NCBI GenBank assembly: GCA_963520835.1
Contig: CAUQSJ010000004.1
Span: forward strand, 18,158-82,157
Length of the DNA stretch: 64,000 bases
Direction of reading: 5' to 3'
Source: an uncultured Candidatus Saccharibacteria bacterium
GTDB taxonomy: Bacteria; Patescibacteriota; Saccharimonadia; Saccharimonadales; Saccharimonadaceae
The notes beneath the pieces were generated by a model. The model was not told where the DNA came from, made no database searches, and saw only the letters and a program-made list of their open reading frames with translations. Position 1 is the first letter of the stretch; each line of letters begins with the position of its first letter. Made by a program: the position numbers and the translations under genes. Positions 60,473-64,000 of this stretch are shown piece by piece.

Positions 60473-63400
60473 TACTCTTTAATTTTATCATAGTCGGCGA
60501 TTAGCTGGTTGGCGAAGTCGATAATCTCAGCTTTCTTGGTGGTGTATCCGACTGGTTTGCAGGCAAAAGATTCGGTATTGAGAAAATCAAGAGTATCTAG
60601 TTGATGGCGAATGGCGTGAATAAGTTTCGGAATGTTGATGTCAAATTCGGCGATCTCAGATTTAGTGATGGTCTTTTCGAAGAATTCACCCGGTTCGCCT
60701 GGTTTGACGTTTTTATAGCTTGGAAGAACGAAAAGCAAGCTCATAGATTCGACCGTGTAATTTTTATAGGTTGGCGAAGTGGTGACAAGATAGTAATAGA
60801 AAAGCAACTGAATAGTATAGATGAAAAGTTTTTTGTTATTTTTCCAGGTATCCTTTTCTTGCATACCAGTTGAGGTTTTGAAATCATAGATGCGAATAGT
60901 TTTATTTTGCTCGTCGATAGTGAGGTGATCGATAGTACCGGTGATAGGAACGCCTTCAAAGGAAAGTTTTTCATGACTAAATGAAACTTCGGCCTTAGCA
61001 TGCTCGTCAAAGAGAATGTCGTGGAAATACTCGATACTTTGAAGCAATTCGGTTTTACCAATGGTAATGAGATCTTCGATTTCACGCTCCGAAAGATCAA
61101 GATTTTTGGCAGCTTCAAGGTAATATTCGAGGGCCTGTTCAGCGGTGATTTTTTGATTAGTAATCATTTCAAAACATTTGTGAATCAGATTACCCTTTTC
61201 AATATTCACCACATTTTCAATACTGCGTGGTGCGCCAATGAGGCGGTTGCGATAGAAATTGAGTGGACCGTTATATTCGAGGTCTACGAAATTTGAAACG
61301 TCGGTGGCGGAAAGCCAAATGTTGTCGGCCTTGGCGTGAAGGTATTTGAGTAAATCGTCTTTTGGATCGAGATATTTGTCGAGCCAGGTAGATTTTAGAT
61401 GTTGTAATTCGGTAATTTCAGAATTATCGGATGGATGTTGGAAAATTTCAGGTGCTTCTAATAATGGAGAGGTTTTAATAATTTTTTCCTCATTTATTTC
61501 CATCATCATACCAAGCGGCTTGGTGATGCTCTGGTTGTGATTAATAGTGGCACTGGTCATGGTGAGAGATTTAGCGGCACGAGTCATGGCCACAAAGAGG
61601 AGGCGTAGATTACATCCTTCACTTTCGGTAGCGCCATTGACAAAAGTCAGATTAAAAGGTGGTTTAATTCCCTGTGATCCACGGTTTTGATTCCAATGAG
61701 CATCCGAAAGATCGAGGAGGAAGACGTGTTTAAATTCAAGACCTTTAGATTTATGGGCGGAGATTAGAGTGACGGCGTTTTGATCATCGGAAAAAATTGC
61801 AGATTTTTGGATGGCAGTATTGGTAGCTTGATATTTATCGAGAAAATCGATGTAGTCGGCAAGCTTTGGATGTTCAGCCTTGGTGAAATTGTAAAATTCC
61901 TCTTTCAAGGTGGCGAGATTTTGGTAAAAATCTACCATCTGACGAACTTCTTTGGAGGTGAGTTGTTTGGCTAGGGTTTCCGGATTTTCATAATCAAGAT
62001 TTGGCAAAAATGGTGAAATATAGAGAGATTTTTCGGTAGATGTGGTAGACTCAGAGCCGATTTCGAATGGATCGATGATGGCGGAGTCAGGGTTTGATTT
62101 TGGCGTTTCATTAGACCCAGAATTTATTTCTGAAGTTTCAAGATCAAGATAGATTGGTTTTAAGTTGATGAGGAAATTTATCATATCTTCGACAGACGAG
62201 GTGAGAGATTTTTTAGCAAGTTCAGCGAGGAATTTGGCGAAATTTCGTACGGCGGGAAGTTTTTGATATCCGAGCAAATAATCAAGAAAATGACGATGGT
62301 CGTGATATCCAGTGTGAACTAGTTGCACAAAATCAAGTGGATTAAGTCCGAGATAGTCGGCGCTCATAATTTCTGCAAGTAAATCAAGGGGGTCTTGTCC
62401 AGATGCGAGCTGGTGAATGACACGAAGTAGGTCATGAAGTTCTTTGATTTTGGCATCTTCAAGAATATTTTCCTTTCGTTCATAAGTGACATTAATATTG
62501 TCGTATTTGCGAAGATACGGCAGTATCGTCTTTAAGACATCGTGTTTTCGAGCGATAATGGCAATATTTTTTTGCTCTTCCCCACTTTGGATAAGATTAT
62601 GGATGGTTTCAGCGACCCACTGGTACTCAGAAATGGTATCACTGAAGTGATGGCGAGAAATACGAGTGTTTGGGTGGTTGATTGGTTGAAGCGCCTGATT
62701 GTCACTAGTGATTTTTGATAATTCTGAGTTTCTGGCAGCATGAAGATCTTTAGTGAAGTCACCAGAAGTTTCACCCAGGCTGTTTAGGACGGACTCGGAT
62801 TTAACGAAGCTATCGGGAATTTGATCAGCAATTTTGCGTGACAAAGTAAGAATTTCACTGGTTGAACGATAATTATCTTTAAGAATGATAATCTTGGCGT
62901 GATAATGCTGATAAAAATCGACTAGGTTAGAAGAAAGTGCTCCTTGAAATTCGTAAATGGTCTGGTCGTCATCACCTACGGCCATAATCTCTGGTTTATC
63001 GTAGTCGGTGATGAGTTGGATTAAACGAACTTGCGCCGGGTTGGAATCTTGAAACTCATCAAGCATGATATATTGAAATTGCTCAGCCATCATGGCTTTA
63101 AAATCTACATCAGTTTCTAGATGCTTGATTGCTTCAAGAATCATATCGGCGTAGTCAACTAAACGGCTGTCGGTGAGATAGGTCTGGTATTTTTGACAAA
63201 AATCTAGAATGGTGGAAAATTTAACAATGTCGTTAGTTTGTTTATAATAACAAACTCCACTAGCATTTAAAGTGAAATGTTTATCGGTAAATTTTTTTAG
63301 AGCTGCAATAGAAGGTTTATCTTTGGTGATTTCAGACTGATAAAGATCAAGCATCTGGCGATAGAGCTCGCTGGAAATATATGGTACGTTTGGTAAGATG

Positions 63401-64000
63401 TTTTGATCATGGGAAGAACTGACTTGACCTAATACGGTAAGAATCGGGAAATAGCGTTCCTTGCATTTACTTTCAAAATTGCCACTACTGGCTTTACCAA
63501 TGGTGGTGGCGGCGAGAGCTTGGTTGAGATTTTCAATATCTTTTTGATTGGCTTCCTGAATGATTTTTAGGTCAGCGATGGAAAGATTAGCATTTTTAAG
63601 TTTATTGATTAATCCGGATACTTCACTAGCTTTATTAGCTCGCAACGGATTAGTAATAGGTAGCTCGTCAAGAAGTTGCTGGAAGAAGTTCTCGGCTTCG
63701 ACGGGGCTAATATTTTTTTCGGATAAACGTTCAATTTCGGTGGCATAATTCTGGTAACGACCGATGATGGTTTTGCCGAAGGAGTGATAGGTCATGATGT
63801 TCAATTCGTCGGCGGAGTTGCCAATCACGGTGCGGAGACGATCGCGCATGTTGGTAGCGGCGGCGTCAGTAAAAGTGAGACAAAGGATGTTGCTTGGATT
63901 GGTTTGGGTGACGTTCAATATGTGAGCGACGCGCTGAGAAATAATTTGCGTCTTACCGGTACCTGGGCCAGCCAAAACCAGAAGTGGCCCGCCTAGATAT
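60472..64000 (-). CDS. UvrD/PcrA-like superfamily 1 helicase fused to a C-terminal PD-(D/E)xK nuclease, 5'-partial (N-terminus beyond the right edge)
   Basis: The frame stays open to the window end. Motifs: Walker A AGPGTGKT, DEFQDSNPAQ, SAHKSKGLEF, VAMTRA. The C-terminal GTIDHL..IRIYDFKTS resembles a RecB/AddB-type nuclease motif. Confidence 0.8.
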   Translation of the reverse strand, partial: YLGGPLLVLAGPGTGKTQIISQRVAHILNVTQTNPSNILCLTFTDAAATNMRDRLRTVIGNSADELNIMTYHSFGKTIIGRYQNYATEIERLSEKNISPVEAENFFQQLLDELPITNPLRANKASEVSGLINKLKNANLSIADLKIIQEANQKDIENLNQALAATTIGKASSGNFESKCKERYFPILTVLGQVSSSHDQNILPNVPYISSELYRQMLDLYQSEITKDKPSIAALKKFTDKHFTLNASGVCYYKQTNDIVKFSTILDFCQKYQTYLTDSRLVDYADMILEAIKHLETDVDFKAMMAEQFQYIMLDEFQDSNPAQVRLIQLITDYDKPEIMAVGDDDQTIYEFQGALSSNLVDFYQHYHAKIIILKDNYRSTSEILTLSRKIADQIPDSFVKSESVLNSLGETSGDFTKDLHAARNSELSKITSDNQALQPINHPNTRISRHHFSDTISEYQWVAETIHNLIQSGEEQKNIAIIARKHDVLKTILPYLRKYDNINVTYERKENILEDAKIKELHDLLRVIHQLASGQDPLDLLAEIMSADYLGLNPLDFVQLVHTGYHDHRHFLDYLLGYQKLPAVRNFAKFLAELAKKSLTSSVEDMINFLINLKPIYLDLETSEINSGSNETPKSNPDSAIIDPFEIGSESTTSTEKSLYISPFLPNLDYENPETLAKQLTSKEVRQMVDFYQNLATLKEEFYNFTKAEHPKLADYIDFLDKYQATNTAIQKSAIFSDDQNAVTLISAHKSKGLEFKHVFLLDLSDAHWNQNRGSQGIKPPFNLTFVNGATESEGCNLRLLFVAMTRAAKSLTMTSATINHNQSITKPLGMMMEINEEKIIKTSPLLEAPEIFQHPSDNSEITELQHLKSTWLDKYLDPKDDLLKYLHAKADNIWLSATDVSNFVDLEYNGPLNFYRNRLIGAPRSIENVVNIEKGNLIHKCFEMITNQKITAEQALEYYLEAAKNLDLSEREIEDLITIGKTELLQSIEYFHDILFDEHAKAEVSFSHEKLSFEGVPITGTIDHLTIDEQNKTIRIYDFKTSTGMQEKDTWKNNKKLFIYTIQLLFYYYLVTTSPTYKNYTVESMSLLFVLPSYKNVKPGEPGEFFEKTITKSEIAEFDINIPKLIHAIRHQLDTLDFLNTESFACKPVGYTTKKAEIIDFANQLIADYDKIKE

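Noticed and set aside
1-64000. UGA recoded as a sense codon (genetic code 4 or 25)
   Set aside because: All conserved genes are full length under the standard code with no in-frame TGA. RF2 is intact. No tRNA with a UCA anticodon is present in the window. The data support avoidance rather than reassignment.

Overview
This is a dense, mostly minus-strand bacterial chromosome segment with about 56 CDS and 4 tRNAs. There is no rRNA, CRISPR array, transposase or integrase. Gene content suggests a reduced-genome, Gram-positive-like organism, probably Patescibacteria/CPR and possibly Saccharibacteria: L-lactate dehydrogenase, class III RNR nrdDG, queuosine salvage (tgt plus yhhQ), a sortase, an ftsEX/PcsB-like CHAP/Ctp cluster, and a short ProRS. 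That lineage call is inference only. Product calls rest on motif recognition in the supplied translations, and no database search was possible.

Housekeeping blocks:
- secA-M16 peptidase-murD-PP-loop ATPase-histidine phosphatase
- hpf, serS, lysS, frr, proS
- rseP, tsf, rpsB, rpmE
- prfA-prmC, prfB
- htrA-like, lepB, tgt, yhhQ, cysS, nrnA-like, and a UvrD-like helicase-nuclease

Accessory-looking segments:
- 13.1-15.5 kb: small orphan ORFs, structured non-coding DNA, and a membrane protein plus TetR-like pair
- 18.6-21.6 kb: a leaderless mini-ORF and a very large secreted cutinase-domain protein
- 47.0-49.4 kb: a lower-GC island next to tRNA-Val with two orphan genes

Main observations from the hunt:
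1. At five or more unrelated genes, the DNA just after the stop codon consists of tandem, decaying copies of that gene's own 3' end, stop codon included.
2. TGA is almost unused. It is the stop for 1 of 55 CDS (the island gene) and is never in-frame in conserved genes, although RF2 is intact.
3. All four tRNA genes have sigma70-like promoters placed so that pre-tRNA leaders would be about 5 nt or shorter.
4. Tandem NrdR boxes are embedded in the nrdDG promoter.
5. FtsE carries a roughly 118-aa C-terminal tail with RRETxP repeats.
6. A murD plus PP-loop gene pair may represent the MurD2/MurL route.
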